From Ignavibacteriota bacterium (GTDB lineage: Bacteria; Bacteroidota; Ignavibacteria; Kapaibacteriales; UBA961), in NCBI GenBank assembly GCA_016197185.1, contig JACPWH010000199.1, positions 1 to 63,785 on the forward strand: DNA of 63,785 nucleotides. Direction: 5' to 3'. The translations under genes were made by a program, and so were the position numbers. Position 1 is the stretch's first letter. The number at the start of each line of letters is the position of its first letter. The notes below the pieces were generated by a model. That model made no database searches. It was not told where the DNA came from and saw nothing but the letters and a program-made list of their open reading frames with translations. Positions 38,915-49,020 of this stretch are shown piece after piece.

Positions 38915-40579
38915 CTACAATTCTATTAAATATTTACTCAAACTTTCCCGCTCGCCCAAATTAAGTTTTTTGCGTATCCTCAGCCGGTTATTCTCTATTG
39001 TTCGGGCGGAGAGCGAGAGAATTTGAGCTATTTCTTCGGACGTAAGCCCGGCTTTTATTAGGATACATATTTTCACTTCCATCCGTGTTAGATTTCGATA
39101 TTTACTTGTCAATGTTGCTTGGAAGTCAGGGTGAACTTTTGAGAATGTTTGGAGGTATGACGTCCATGTTCCTTGCATCAGATGCGATTCACGCACTTTT
39201 GTTTTTAGCTTCTTCCCGATTTCATCCTGTTTATCCAATTGAGCGATAATTCCTATTACATCCGAACGGAATGTGTTTAATTCGTTCATTTGGATTAGAA
39301 GGGATTTGTTGTTGGTAGAGAGTTGGGATTCCAGATGGTTTCTCTCTAGTTCGAGTGCTTTGTTATTGGCAGCTAAAAGCTCGTTATCTTTTTGCTTCAA
39401 CGCAACATCATACTGAACTTCGAGATCACGCAATTGCTGTAGCGACTTTTCATTGAGTATTTGTTTTTCTAATGCTGTTGAACGTTGAAGAAGTGCATAT
39501 CCGTCCTCAAACAATCCAAAAGAAACACAGGATTCAGACCAACTCTCTAGGGCAGCTGCTTGAAAATGTGGCATTGAGAGTTCGATCGCTGTTTGCTCGG
39601 CTTGTTTGAAATAGCTTTGTGCAGTTTCGGAATTTCGTTGTTCGAAGTCAGGGTGAGAGTATAGTATGCCTATCCTTTGATGAAGGATTGCAATGTTTTT
39701 TATGTCTTTTTCTTGTTCTAATGTAGATAGTGCCGATTGAAATTGAAATAGAGCATTTTTGAAATCGCCTACATCAAAATATGCAGAACCAAGCGATCCA
39801 ATCATAATTGCGATTTGAAGATAAAAATCGTGTCCACTTAATATATCAATCCCTTCCTTTAGGGTGTTTATTTGTTTTGTAAAATCTCCTCGTTCTGAAT
39901 ATAACTCTGAAAGCTGAAGAAGAGCATTTGAATACCCTAGTATGTCGTTATTTACCTTAAACTCATTAGCATTTCTTAATGAGTACTCTTCTGCTTTGTC
40001 GTAATTCCCTAATCTGTAATATACATTCGCAATACCTGACATTATAATCTTAGATACACGAGGAGTTGTAGGGTGTGCAAGATACTCTGCCTCGGCTCCC
40101 AGCAAGTACCCAATACTCTCATCATATCTATTCTGGTAAAGGCAAATATTACTTAAATCTATCAAAACTGCTTGAACATATAAATAATTTCCAACTTTTT
40201 CAAGACTAGGTAGAATTCCAGTTAGTCGGCTTATTGCTTGTTCATATTTTGCTTCTGAAGTTTCTAACTTTGCTAACACATGTTCAGCTAAAGCAGAATA
40301 TTCGATTGATTCTTCTTGATTTGAAAGCAATAATAACTCATCTGCTATTTCTCGTGCATTCTTAAAATCATTTATAATAAAATAAGTGTGTGCTAAAAGA
40401 TGCAATGTTCGAAGTTCCAAAGAAATAAAAGCACTACTTGATTGAGTAGTGCTTTTTATTTTAAGCAAGCGAACTTCTTGCAAAATATTCAGTGCTTGCT
40501 CGAGATCAAGTTTAGGACTACTTCCTAATTTTTCCCAAGCATTTTCTAATTTTAATGTTATTTCATCTACTATTTTCAT
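38915..40579 (-). CDS. TPR-repeat / coiled-coil protein with a C-terminal LuxR-type HTH (transcriptional regulator)
   Basis: Multiple TPR-like units (for example YYRLGNYDKAEEYS, YFDVGDFKNALFQFQSAL). Coiled coil at aa ~380-440. C-terminal LTRMEVKICILIKAGLTSEEIAQILSLSARTIENNRLRIRKKL. Confidence 0.75.
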   Translation of the reverse strand: MKIVDEITLKLENAWEKLGSSPKLDLEQALNILQEVRLLKIKSTTQSSSAFISLELRTLHLLAHTYFIINDFKNAREIADELLLLSNQEESIEYSALAEHVLAKLETSEAKYEQAISRLTGILPSLEKVGNYLYVQAVLIDLSNICLYQNRYDESIGYLLGAEAEYLAHPTTPRVSKIIMSGIANVYYRLGNYDKAEEYSLRNANEFKVNNDILGYSNALLQLSELYSERGDFTKQINTLKEGIDILSGHDFYLQIAIMIGSLGSAYFDVGDFKNALFQFQSALSTLEQEKDIKNIAILHQRIGILYSHPDFEQRNSETAQSYFKQAEQTAIELSMPHFQAAALESWSESCVSFGLFEDGYALLQRSTALEKQILNEKSLQQLRDLEVQYDVALKQKDNELLAANNKALELERNHLESQLSTNNKSLLIQMNELNTFRSDVIGIIAQLDKQDEIGKKLKTKVRESHLMQGTWTSYLQTFSKVHPDFQATLTSKYRNLTRMEVKICILIKAGLTSEEIAQILSLSARTIENNRLRIRKKLNLGERESLSKYLIEL

Positions 40580-41112
40580 TATTCAATGTACAGATTATTA
40601 TACATTTTATTCAATGGTAATCTGAAAAGAGCCATAGGAGGAATGGTACCGGACATTTGAAATGCCCAAATCGACTTGTATGCATAATCAACTAACTCAA
40701 TATAGACTCCTGGTTCTGTCCCTGACATTTTCAAATAAAGGGACGAATCTTTAGCCTTTATATAATATTCACCCGGCGTTCCAGTCGATACAAGAATCCA
40801 TTCGTTATACTCACTATCAAGACCAGTATAAGCCCCTAATTTTTGTCCACTTGCAAGTGTAGGAACTCCAAGAAATACATTTTGTGCATTTCGAAAGCGA
40901 TAATATTCATCTGAGGCAGGAGTAGTACCGATTGCTTTACAATATGGATAATAAATTATTTCCCATGATTGCTCTCTAGCTCCAAATTCCCCTCTATCCA
41001 TTAGTAAATCTACTAATTCTGCTTGATCATCAACGTCGCAATGAATCCTTAAATCTGTATCACTAATACAATAGATTGTGTGGAAAGAATGCGGATGACT
41101 TTGATATGCCAT
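40579..41112 (-). CDS. Hypothetical protein with two ricin-B/beta-trefoil-like subrepeats
   Basis: YYRFRNAQNVFLGV...GQKLGAYTG...NEWILV and GEYYIKAKDSSLYLKMSG...GVYIELV...SIWAFQ fit the trefoil pattern. No signal peptide from ATG 41112. Its stop overlaps the start of the TPR-LuxR gene (TAATG). Confidence 0.5.
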   Translation of the reverse strand: MAYQSHPHSFHTIYCISDTDLRIHCDVDDQAELVDLLMDRGEFGAREQSWEIIYYPYCKAIGTTPASDEYYRFRNAQNVFLGVPTLASGQKLGAYTGLDSEYNEWILVSTGTPGEYYIKAKDSSLYLKMSGTEPGVYIELVDYAYKSIWAFQMSGTIPPMALFRLPLNKMYNNLYIE

Positions 41113-41373
41113 AATTTTTCTCCGATAAAATATAAAAATAAAATAAAAATGTAAATTACCGACAATTTTTAATTTGAACATAGCACCTTAAATCTGAACA
41201 TCAATTGTTTAAGGAACAATGATACTTCTCACACCTTGGACGAATGGAAACTATCTATTTATCAAACAAGTGCCATTTCAATATGTCTCCATCCTTATTC
41301 AAAAGTATTGCTACGAATCATACAAGCTGAACTTTAGAGATATCTACTACCATTCTGTTGGATACATAGTTGA

Positions 41374-41583
41374 CTACCTCCATAATACAACATACCCTGA
41401 ATTTGTATCAAAAGCACAATTGGGCTGTTGAATCATAAGCATTACAGCTGTAAACTCCTCAATCGAATTTACAATCAATTGCTGCCTGGGAGGAGTATTT
41501 TGACTCAATGAAATCACAATATTAAATGTGTTTGTTGGGGGATGGAAATTGCATTGATAATGCGCGATAGGAACTAATGCCAT
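41374..41583 (-). CDS. Possible small protein (69 aa)
   Basis: The ATG is preceded by GAGG about 5 nt upstream. It is the only ORF in a 447-bp spacer. No motif recognised; coding status uncertain. Confidence 0.25.
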   Translation of the reverse strand: MALVPIAHYQCNFHPPTNTFNIVISLSQNTPPRQQLIVNSIEEFTAVMLMIQQPNCAFDTNSGYVVLWR

Positions 41584-41628
41584 AAATACCTCAAAAAGAT
41601 TAAATAAAAAAATTAGCAGAGAATTGTT

Positions 41629-43047
41629 TTACAAACCATAGCTAATATATATATATCCACTCTGAATAAACCCATACTTAAAATATTCATCAATTTTTTT
41701 ATCTGCAGGTACTTCTTGTCCGAGAACAATACCATCTGCTAATCCTTTATGAAACCATGAAATTCCATAACCAAGTCCAAAACGGAACGTCTTATATGGA
41801 GAGAACGTTAAACCAATAAGGATATCTTTAGGTACTACTGTTTCTGCAAAACCAGAAGATTTTACATCATCAAGTGTTATAGGAGTACCGATTCCTAAAC
41901 TTACTCCAATAGATCTGTCTTTACGTTTTCCATATTTCCATATATTCCAGTTAAGTAAAACTCCAGCTCTTGTTATTGCCTTAAAACTACCATTTGAATC
42001 AGCAATTTCAATCTTACCTTTATTTATCTGGTATTGTGGTACTTTTTCAATCCAAGAGTTTATGGGAATGAAAACCGTAGGTAGCAATTCAATATTCGGT
42101 ATTGGTTTAACCACAATAATATGGATTACAATCAATGTATCACCTGTTGTTCTTTCCATCTCTCCAATCGCATTATTTGTATCAGGATTAATGCTCAATG
42201 TAAGTAATAAGTCAGTACTATCAATTTTAAATACATCTACTTTGTTTGTTGGAATATCTAAAAAATCCTTTTTAATTTTCTTACATACTTCAACAATTCT
42301 ATCACTCTTTATCTTTAATGCGTAAAGTATAGTTTGAGTTATTTCTTTTTTTAAACCTATCGAATCTTTTGCAGTTAAATCATCATCTGTATGCTTCTTC
42401 ATTTCATCATAAACTGAATCAAGAAATTTTTCTATTGGCAATTTTTTAGATTCCGATACATACTTAAACAATAATAGCCTATCATCATACTTCATTTCTT
42501 TAACCAGATTTTGAGATCTCGCTAAGCCCTTTCCATATAATATATCTAGAGGATCATAATTTCCATTGAGGCTCTCTGCCCTGTCCGAACTGTCTATTAC
42601 ATTAATTGCTTTATTAACTTCCACAATTACTTGATCAAGAATTGAATTGTAATTTTCAATCCATCCTAAGTTATTCAGTACTTTAGACACAGCACTTGAA
42701 CTTGCATCTGATTTCGATAAAGGGATGAGACCACTAAGTATTCTCTTCATACTAGTTATTTCAGCAGGTTCTTTAAGATCATTCTTAATATTTTTCTTAT
42801 TCCAGATATACTTATAAAAATATTGATTAGCATTAGTAATTTGCAATTCAACTTTTGCACCTTCTTCTACATAAATAGTCACTTCCGATCTGCTTTGCAT
42901 TTCTGTTTCATTTTCTGTATCTACTAAACAATTCATTGGCGACCCATTTCTATTACCATGGTATATCTTAATATTAGCACCTTCTTGTGCAAATATTGGG
43001 AACACTATACTAATAAGAACCAAAATTAAAAGTAGAGCACTTTTCAT
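41629..43047 (-). CDS. Hypothetical secreted / outer-membrane-associated protein
   Basis: From ATG 43047 there is a clean signal peptide MKSALLLILVLISIVFPIFAQ. The layout is a beta-rich N-terminus, a Lys/Asp/Glu-rich helical middle and a beta-rich C-terminus (GLGYGISWF...GYIYISYGL). This is a very A+T-rich gene. The ORF-track GTG at 43137 adds 30 codons. Confidence 0.55.
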   Translation of the reverse strand: MKSALLLILVLISIVFPIFAQEGANIKIYHGNRNGSPMNCLVDTENETEMQSRSEVTIYVEEGAKVELQITNANQYFYKYIWNKKNIKNDLKEPAEITSMKRILSGLIPLSKSDASSSAVSKVLNNLGWIENYNSILDQVIVEVNKAINVIDSSDRAESLNGNYDPLDILYGKGLARSQNLVKEMKYDDRLLLFKYVSESKKLPIEKFLDSVYDEMKKHTDDDLTAKDSIGLKKEITQTILYALKIKSDRIVEVCKKIKKDFLDIPTNKVDVFKIDSTDLLLTLSINPDTNNAIGEMERTTGDTLIVIHIIVVKPIPNIELLPTVFIPINSWIEKVPQYQINKGKIEIADSNGSFKAITRAGVLLNWNIWKYGKRKDRSIGVSLGIGTPITLDDVKSSGFAETVVPKDILIGLTFSPYKTFRFGLGYGISWFHKGLADGIVLGQEVPADKKIDEYFKYGFIQSGYIYISYGL

Positions 43048-43413
43048 AAATAACCTCGTGATAAATATATAAAATAAACCCAAAACAAAATTTACAACTA
43101 AAGAATTAAATAGCTCACAACGCAAATCTTTTCTCACTCCAAATTTTCTACCGCGAAATTACCGTGTTATCCTACATTCCCGTTACTCTAATAACTACTC
43201 TATTTTTATCAGGAACATAAGACCGAGCAGGAAGTTTTCCCACAAACTATGTTACTACAAGGAGTTTCCATTTCAGAACAACAACTCTCATAAAAAGCCC
43301 ACTACTCTTTTATGTAAGACAAAAGAGCATTCGTTCAAATCAACAATCAATAACTCAATTTTCAATTATGGAGGAGGGTGTGAGTGGAGTATTATTCAGA
43401 TAAGTATTTTAAA

Positions 43414-43463
43414 TATAAAAAACCCATCTATATCTTGTTTTAGTAAACAAGATATAGATGGGT
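43414..43463 (-). terminator. Rho-independent terminator ending the tig-clpP-clpX-yciH transcription unit
   Basis: A 19-bp stem acccatctatatcttgttt / aaacaagatatagatgggt spans 43422..43463. On the minus strand it is followed by TTTTTT. Confidence 0.8.
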
Positions 43464-43499
43464 AAGTAATTTAGAATTATAGGGAATAAACTCTAAAGT

Positions 43500-43826
43500 T
43501 TATTTTACAGTATACCCCATCGCCTTCAACTTATCAATAGCCTTCTGCCGATGGTCGCCCTGTATCTCGATGGTATTATCAAGCACCTGCCCACCTGTAC
43601 CGCAGGTTTTCTTGAGGGTCTGCGCAATTGCTTCCAGTTCAGAGGGTTTCGATTGAAACCCTGAAATGACTGTCACAGTTTTACCACGACGTTTTTTGGA
43701 ATCAAGTACGACTTTTAAAATCTGGGGTTTGCCGTCATAACCCTTTTTTTGTTCAGTTTGAGGAATGTTTTTATCGCTTTCGGGTAATAAGGAAGCGAGG
43801 TCAGATAGTGAAGTAAGTTTTGCCAT
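43500..43826 (-). CDS. yciH: SUI1/eIF1-family translation initiation factor-like protein (YciH)
   Basis: LKVVLDSKKRRGKTVTVISGF...LKKTCGTGGQVLDNTIEIQGDHRQKAIDKLKAMGY is a typical SUI1 domain. Confidence 0.8.
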   Translation of the reverse strand: MAKLTSLSDLASLLPESDKNIPQTEQKKGYDGKPQILKVVLDSKKRRGKTVTVISGFQSKPSELEAIAQTLKKTCGTGGQVLDNTIEIQGDHRQKAIDKLKAMGYTVK

Positions 43827-43844
43827 AATTACTTTTTCAGGTCA

Positions 43845-45149
43845 TTAATTCGTATCAGCAGTTTTCTTTGAGCTTTGGCGAACAGGAGCATGGTCTGCAG
43901 CGTATTCAAATACCGGCTCTGCACCGTGTTCAACTGAATTTTTGGTAACAAGACATTTGCGGACATTCTTTTTATCAGGGAGCTCATACATCATCGGTAG
44001 CATTACTTCTTCCATTATCGCCCGAAGTCCTCGAGCACCCGTTTTACGTGTTTTGGCTTTTTCAACTATTGCAAGCAGTGCGTCCTTTTGAAATACCAAT
44101 TCAACACCTTCCATCTGAAACAACTTTTGATATTGCTTCACAATAGCATTCTTCGGGTTTGTAAGAATATTAAGAAGTGCTTCATCACTTAACGGAGCAA
44201 GCGGTGCGATAACAGGTATCCGCCCTACAAGTTCAGGTATAAACCCATAATGCAACAAGTCTTCCGGTTCAAGATGAGCAAGTATTTCATATCCCTCTTC
44301 TACCGATTTTTTGGAATTTGAATTGAACCCGATGGTTTTTGTGTTCATTCTACGGGCAATAATTTTCTCAATCCCGTCAAAAGCCCCGCCGCAAATAAAG
44401 AGTATGTTCTTGGTATTTAAATATACTAATGACTGCTCAGGATGTTTTCGTCCTCCTTTTGGGGGTACACTTGCTGTAGTTCCTTCAAGAATCTTTAGTA
44501 ATGCCTGTTGAACACCTTCGCCGGAGACATCACGTGTAATACTCGTTGATTCACTTCTACGGGAGATTTTGTCAATTTCGTCAATATAAATAATACCGCG
44601 TTCAGCTCGTTCTACATCGTAGTCAGCATTTTGGAGTAAACTGACAAGAACTGTTTCTACATCGTCACCCACATAGCCCGCCTCGGTGATTGTTGTAGCA
44701 TCAGCTATGGCAAATGGCACATCAAGGATACGTGCAAGCGTTTGAGCAAGTAGTGTTTTGCCTGTACCCGTTGGTCCGGCAAGAAGAATGTTACTTTTTT
44801 CTATATCAACATCTGCAAGTGAACCGAGCAAATCCCCTGCCTGGATTCTTTTATAATGGTTATACACAGCTACAGATAGCACTCTTTTTGCACTATCTTG
44901 ATCAATTACATATTCATCAAGGTGCTGTTTCATCTGAGATGGTTTCAGGAGAACTTTCGAGCTTTTTTTTGACGCCTGGGTAGCTGTAGCAGTGGTTTTT
45001 GCACCTTGCCTGAGAATTTCAGCAGCATTATATACACAAATATCACAGATATATACATCAGGACCAGAAACAAAACTTGTCACTTCATTCGAAGTACGTC
45101 CACAAAATGAACATTCGGGACCTTCCGGTATAAGTTTGTTTTTTTTCAT
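43845..45149 (-). CDS. clpX: ATP-dependent Clp protease ATP-binding subunit ClpX
   Basis: Zn-finger CSFCGR...CDICV, Walker [18 protein letters not shown], and the [12 protein letters not shown] sensor region. Confidence 0.95.
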   Translation of the reverse strand: MKKNKLIPEGPECSFCGRTSNEVTSFVSGPDVYICDICVYNAAEILRQGAKTTATATQASKKSSKVLLKPSQMKQHLDEYVIDQDSAKRVLSVAVYNHYKRIQAGDLLGSLADVDIEKSNILLAGPTGTGKTLLAQTLARILDVPFAIADATTITEAGYVGDDVETVLVSLLQNADYDVERAERGIIYIDEIDKISRRSESTSITRDVSGEGVQQALLKILEGTTASVPPKGGRKHPEQSLVYLNTKNILFICGGAFDGIEKIIARRMNTKTIGFNSNSKKSVEEGYEILAHLEPEDLLHYGFIPELVGRIPVIAPLAPLSDEALLNILTNPKNAIVKQYQKLFQMEGVELVFQKDALLAIVEKAKTRKTGARGLRAIMEEVMLPMMYELPDKKNVRKCLVTKNSVEHGAEPVFEYAADHAPVRQSSKKTADTN

Positions 45150-45169
45150 AGATATACTTGCTACAATTT

Positions 45170-45206
45170 TTAGGGGAAAAAGAAAGGACAGGTTGTTCGC
45201 CTGTCC
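45170..45206 (-). terminator. Hairpin plus T-rich tract between clpP and clpX (possible partial terminator or attenuator)
   Basis: Stem ggacagg / cctgtcc spans 45186..45206. On the minus strand it is followed by tttcttttt. Confidence 0.4.
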
Positions 45207-45239
45207 CTAAGATTTTACTATTTTGGAGAAAGGTCACCC

Positions 45240-45848
45240 TTATTTTTTAACTTCTGCAATCGGGTTTCGCTCTAAAATTCTGTCTATCAAACCATATTCA
45301 AGAGCCTGTTTTGGATCCATATAATTATCACGGTCGGCATCCTTGAGAATGGTAGGTACATCTTTACCTGAATGTTTGGAAATAATCGAATAAAGAGTAT
45401 CACGGACACGAAGCATTTCTTTTGTATAAATTTCAATGTCAATTGCCTGTCCCTGAGTTCCGCCAAGAGGTTGATGCATCATGATACGTGAGTTAGGCAA
45501 AGCAAATCTCTTACCCGTAGCACCGGCACACAACAGCACCTGAGCCATTGATGCTGCCATACCTACGCAAATGGTTGATATATCAGGACGAACAAACTGC
45601 ATAGTATCATAAATTGCAAGTCCGGCACTAACGCTTCCTCCGGGTGAATTAATATATATATTTATGTCTTTCGACGGGTCTTCGCTTTCGAGAAAAAGCA
45701 ATTGAGCAATTGTTAAGCTGGCAACATTATCATCAATTGGTGTACCAATAAATACAATTCTCTCTTTCAGCAATCTGGAATAAATGTCGTAAGCACGTTC
45801 CCCACGGGAGGTTTGCTCCACGACCATCGGAACAAGTTGGTTATACAC
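45240..45848 (-). CDS. clpP: ATP-dependent Clp protease proteolytic subunit ClpP
   Basis: [19 protein letters not shown], the catalytic context GMAASMA, and MMHQPLGG. Confidence 0.95.
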   Translation of the reverse strand: MYNQLVPMVVEQTSRGERAYDIYSRLLKERIVFIGTPIDDNVASLTIAQLLFLESEDPSKDINIYINSPGGSVSAGLAIYDTMQFVRPDISTICVGMAASMAQVLLCAGATGKRFALPNSRIMMHQPLGGTQGQAIDIEIYTKEMLRVRDTLYSIISKHSGKDVPTILKDADRDNYMDPKQALEYGLIDRILERNPIAEVKK

Positions 45849-45876
45849 TTAGTAACTCCTTATTTTGTATATAAAA

Positions 45877-47298
45877 TTAATGTTGGTGTTCATGACTGTG
45901 GCCATGTCCTTCGTGGCTATGATCATGCCCTTCGTGGCTGTGGTCATGTCCTTCGTGATTGTGTCCTTCGTGGCTATCGAGATCATCAAATTGATTTTGT
46001 AACAAGTTCTGCTCTTCTTGCTGTCTTAAATATTCATCAAGCGGAATTTCTGTTACAAGAGCTTCTTCAATAATTCGATCGTACATTTTACGCATTAGAA
46101 TAGGACCTATAATGCGCTGTTCGGAAAGGAAATACTCGCGCAATTGATCATCATTGAAATTTTCGCCTTGACTTCTATACACATCAAAATATACTTTAAG
46201 GTCTTCGTCAGTTACGTCTAATGCTTCTTCTTCAATAATACGGTTATAGATGATTTCCCAACGGGCATTTCGCGTAGCTGGAACTTGGAAAACATCTGCC
46301 ATAGCCTCGAACTTCATTGCTTTTGCTTGCGGGTTGTCCTTACCTAAGCGTTCTTTAAAATCGTCGAACATTACCTTCGATACAGTCTTAATAAGGGATT
46401 GAGGCACTGCAAAATCATGTGAATCGACTAAGATATCAAATATTTGATTTTCAATGGCTTCGCGTGCTTTCTTTTCGTGCACTTGCTGCATATAAGTACG
46501 CAATTCATTCCGAAGTTCCTCGGTAGTCGCTAACCTTCCTTTTGTAAATGTTTCTACAAATTCATTTGTAAAATCGGCAGCAATTATCCTATTAATTTCC
46601 ATTACAGTACAAAGGAAACGCATAGGCAACGTTTCTTCATCTTCTGCCGGTGCTACATAATTAAACGTATCACCGATACGAGTATTGAGAAGTGATGCTT
46701 TAAGGTCGTCATCCACTTCGTCATTGTCTAAAAAGATTTCCTGAATACTTGGTTTTTCAGACAATACCGGTATATTTGTTTCATCATCAAGAACCGTAAA
46801 CTTCACCTTGACCAAGTGCATATAGTCGGTTACTTGCTCTGCCTGCTCGAGGGTTGATGCCCTAAGAAGCATTTCATCTATTTCACGAGCAACATCTTCA
46901 TCTGTGATTGTATATGCAGGGGTTACTAAACTCAGGTTTTTATACTCGCCAAGTTGGAAGTCAGGAATGATTTCATAACGGATAACAAAGGTAACTCCGT
47001 TAGGGTCTTTACGAATATCACGTAAAGCAGGATTACCGAGCACACGCAAATTGTCTCTGCGAGCTATTGTAGTAAATTCTTCATTGGCAATATTCTCTAA
47101 AGATTCAGCTTCAATTGCGCGACCGAATCGCTGTTTGATGATCGGAAGAGGAACTTTGCCTTTACGGAAACCGGGAACTTCTATGTTCTTAGCTGCTTCT
47201 GAATATGCTTTACTGTAATGAGGCTGGAGTTCATGATTAGCAAGCGTAATTTCTACTTCTTGCGTGCATGGATCAAGTGTAATATAATTCGTTTCCAA
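45877..47298 (-). CDS. tig: Trigger factor with a His-rich C-terminal extension
   Basis: The ribosome-binding motif is GFRKGKVP. Domain order is typical of Tig. The tail is SHEGHNHEGHDHSHEGHDHSHEGHGHSHEHQH. Confidence 0.9.
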   Translation of the reverse strand: METNYITLDPCTQEVEITLANHELQPHYSKAYSEAAKNIEVPGFRKGKVPLPIIKQRFGRAIEAESLENIANEEFTTIARRDNLRVLGNPALRDIRKDPNGVTFVIRYEIIPDFQLGEYKNLSLVTPAYTITDEDVAREIDEMLLRASTLEQAEQVTDYMHLVKVKFTVLDDETNIPVLSEKPSIQEIFLDNDEVDDDLKASLLNTRIGDTFNYVAPAEDEETLPMRFLCTVMEINRIIAADFTNEFVETFTKGRLATTEELRNELRTYMQQVHEKKAREAIENQIFDILVDSHDFAVPQSLIKTVSKVMFDDFKERLGKDNPQAKAMKFEAMADVFQVPATRNARWEIIYNRIIEEEALDVTDEDLKVYFDVYRSQGENFNDDQLREYFLSEQRIIGPILMRKMYDRIIEEALVTEIPLDEYLRQQEEQNLLQNQFDDLDSHEGHNHEGHDHSHEGHDHSHEGHGHSHEHQH

Positions 47299-47404
47299 AC
47301 AAAAATCCTTTAATTGAGTTTGCTGAAAGTAAAAGTAACCGTCTTATTGATTATCGTTATCTTACGTCAGATTGTGATACCGGGGAAGCCGTTCAAGGTA
47401 AGAG

Positions 47405-47486
47405 TGCGGATGGGGAGGGTCGAACTCCCATGTGTTTCCACGCTAGATCCTAAGTCTAGTGCGTCTGCCAATTTCGCCACATCCGC
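47405..47486 (-). tRNA. tRNA-Leu (anticodon UAG)
   Basis: The hand-folded cloverleaf has acceptor GCGGATG/CATCCGC, anticodon stem CTAGA/TCTAG with loop CTTAGGA, a long variable arm, T-arm GGGAG-TTCGACC-CTCCC and discriminator A. No CCA is encoded. Confidence 0.9.
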
Positions 47487-47605
47487 TTTTTTTCAGATTG
47501 CAAAAATAACGATGTTTTCGGATAAAATGAATAAATTTGTTGAAAATAACTGTGATTTACTGTTATTTCCGTATTCTGAATGACCAAATAACATAAGATT
47601 ACAAT

Positions 47606-48967
47606 ATGCAAAACGACGAATACGACTGTATAATTATTGGAGCAGGCACTGCAGGAATCGCCGCCGCAGTTGAATTGTCAAAAGCAGGAAAGCGTGTTCT
47701 TATACTCGAATCCAAAAACTACACCGGAGGTCGTGCACGCTCATTTGAGGATACTGTTACAGGTGAAATCATTGATAACGGACAACACGTCCTGATGGGA
47801 TGCTACAGTTCGTTACTTTCTATTTTTAAAGAACTTGCTACTGACAATCTACTTATAAGGCAAAATACACTTACAGTAAATTTCATTGATTCCGATGGCA
47901 AAAAAGATATACTAAAGACATCAACACTTCCCGGAAAAGCAGGAGTAATTTTAGGAATTTTGAATCTTAAACAAATTTCACTGAAGTCAAAATTTTGTGC
48001 TCTTGAACTTGCTCTTCGCATTCAAATAGGAAACGTAAAAACAGAAAATCTCACAACTCAAGATTTCTTAAAAAAATATCGCCAGTCTAAAGAAATAATA
48101 GAGCGGTTTTGGGAGCCGATTATCCTCGCAACTTTAAATTCCTCCTCTAATCAAGCCTCTGCATCGCTATTTGTTGAAGTATTAAAGCGGGCTTTTTTTG
48201 CAGGAAAGGATGCGTCTCAGATTCTTATTCCGTCAGTTGGACTATCAGAATTATTCACACCTTTTCCTGAATGGATATTAAGACACGGAGGAAAAATACA
48301 TCTTGGGACATCGGTTGAGGCTTTAGAAATTAGGAACGGACAAATAGCAGGTGTACTTAGCTCTAAAGGTGAAAAATTCGAAGCAAAGACTATTATTTCT
48401 GCACTTCCTCCAAAACAGCTTCTGAGGATTTTACCGAAGGAATTACAATCACATCCTAAATTTACCCCATTACATGTATATCAGTTCTCACCGATTGTAT
48501 CTATATATCTGTGGTTCGACCTCGCATGGTGTGATATAGATTTTGCAGCGATGCTCGGCACAACCATACAATGGATATTTAATAGGCGAAAAATTGCTCC
48601 AAGTTCAAATACATCAGTTGAAAAATTCCCCGGTCATATATCTCTTACCGTTAGTGCAGGTAATATACTTGTTGATACACATCCTGAAGAAGTAGTTAAA
48701 CTCTGTTTAGAAGAATTAAAGCGCGCTTTCCCAAAAGCATCTGATGCAAAATTGATCTCTTGGAAAGTAATTAAAGAAAAATCGGCTACTTTTCTTGCAA
48801 CTCCTGCTATGGAACTGCTCCGTCTCCAGGCTCAAACCTTTATTCCCAATCTTTTTCTTGCCGGAGATTGGACTTCAACTTCCCTTCCTGCTACACTCGA
48901 AGGTGCGGCACAAAGTGGAATCGTAGCTGCCCGTCATGCAATTTCTGTGCTTAACAAAGAGAAGTAA
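47606..48967 (+). CDS. FAD-dependent oxidoreductase, HpnE/phytoene-desaturase-like (amine-oxidase fold)
   Basis: The dinucleotide-binding N-terminus is DCIIIGAGTAGIAAAVELSKAGKRVLILESKNYTGGRARSF, followed by DNGQHVLMGCY. The C-terminal segment is LFLAGDWTSTSLPATLEGAAQSG. Confidence 0.65.
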   Translation: MQNDEYDCIIIGAGTAGIAAAVELSKAGKRVLILESKNYTGGRARSFEDTVTGEIIDNGQHVLMGCYSSLLSIFKELATDNLLIRQNTLTVNFIDSDGKKDILKTSTLPGKAGVILGILNLKQISLKSKFCALELALRIQIGNVKTENLTTQDFLKKYRQSKEIIERFWEPIILATLNSSSNQASASLFVEVLKRAFFAGKDASQILIPSVGLSELFTPFPEWILRHGGKIHLGTSVEALEIRNGQIAGVLSSKGEKFEAKTIISALPPKQLLRILPKELQSHPKFTPLHVYQFSPIVSIYLWFDLAWCDIDFAAMLGTTIQWIFNRRKIAPSSNTSVEKFPGHISLTVSAGNILVDTHPEEVVKLCLEELKRAFPKASDAKLISWKVIKEKSATFLATPAMELLRLQAQTFIPNLFLAGDWTSTSLPATLEGAAQSGIVAARHAISVLNKEK

Positions 48968-49020
48968 TCACCTTACTTCTCAATATAATTTTAAAATATT
49001 TAAGATTTTTACATTCATTT

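Noticed and set aside
47405-47486. tRNA-Leu as an integration hotspot for the nearby low-GC island
   Set aside because: The island (38.9-43.1 kb) is separated from the tRNA by the tig-clpP-clpX-yciH operon. I saw no integrase gene and no direct repeat of the tRNA 3' end.
47314-47583. 89-aa plus-strand ORF
   Set aside because: It overlaps the tRNA-Leu gene on the opposite strand (47405..47486), and its translation has no features of a real protein.
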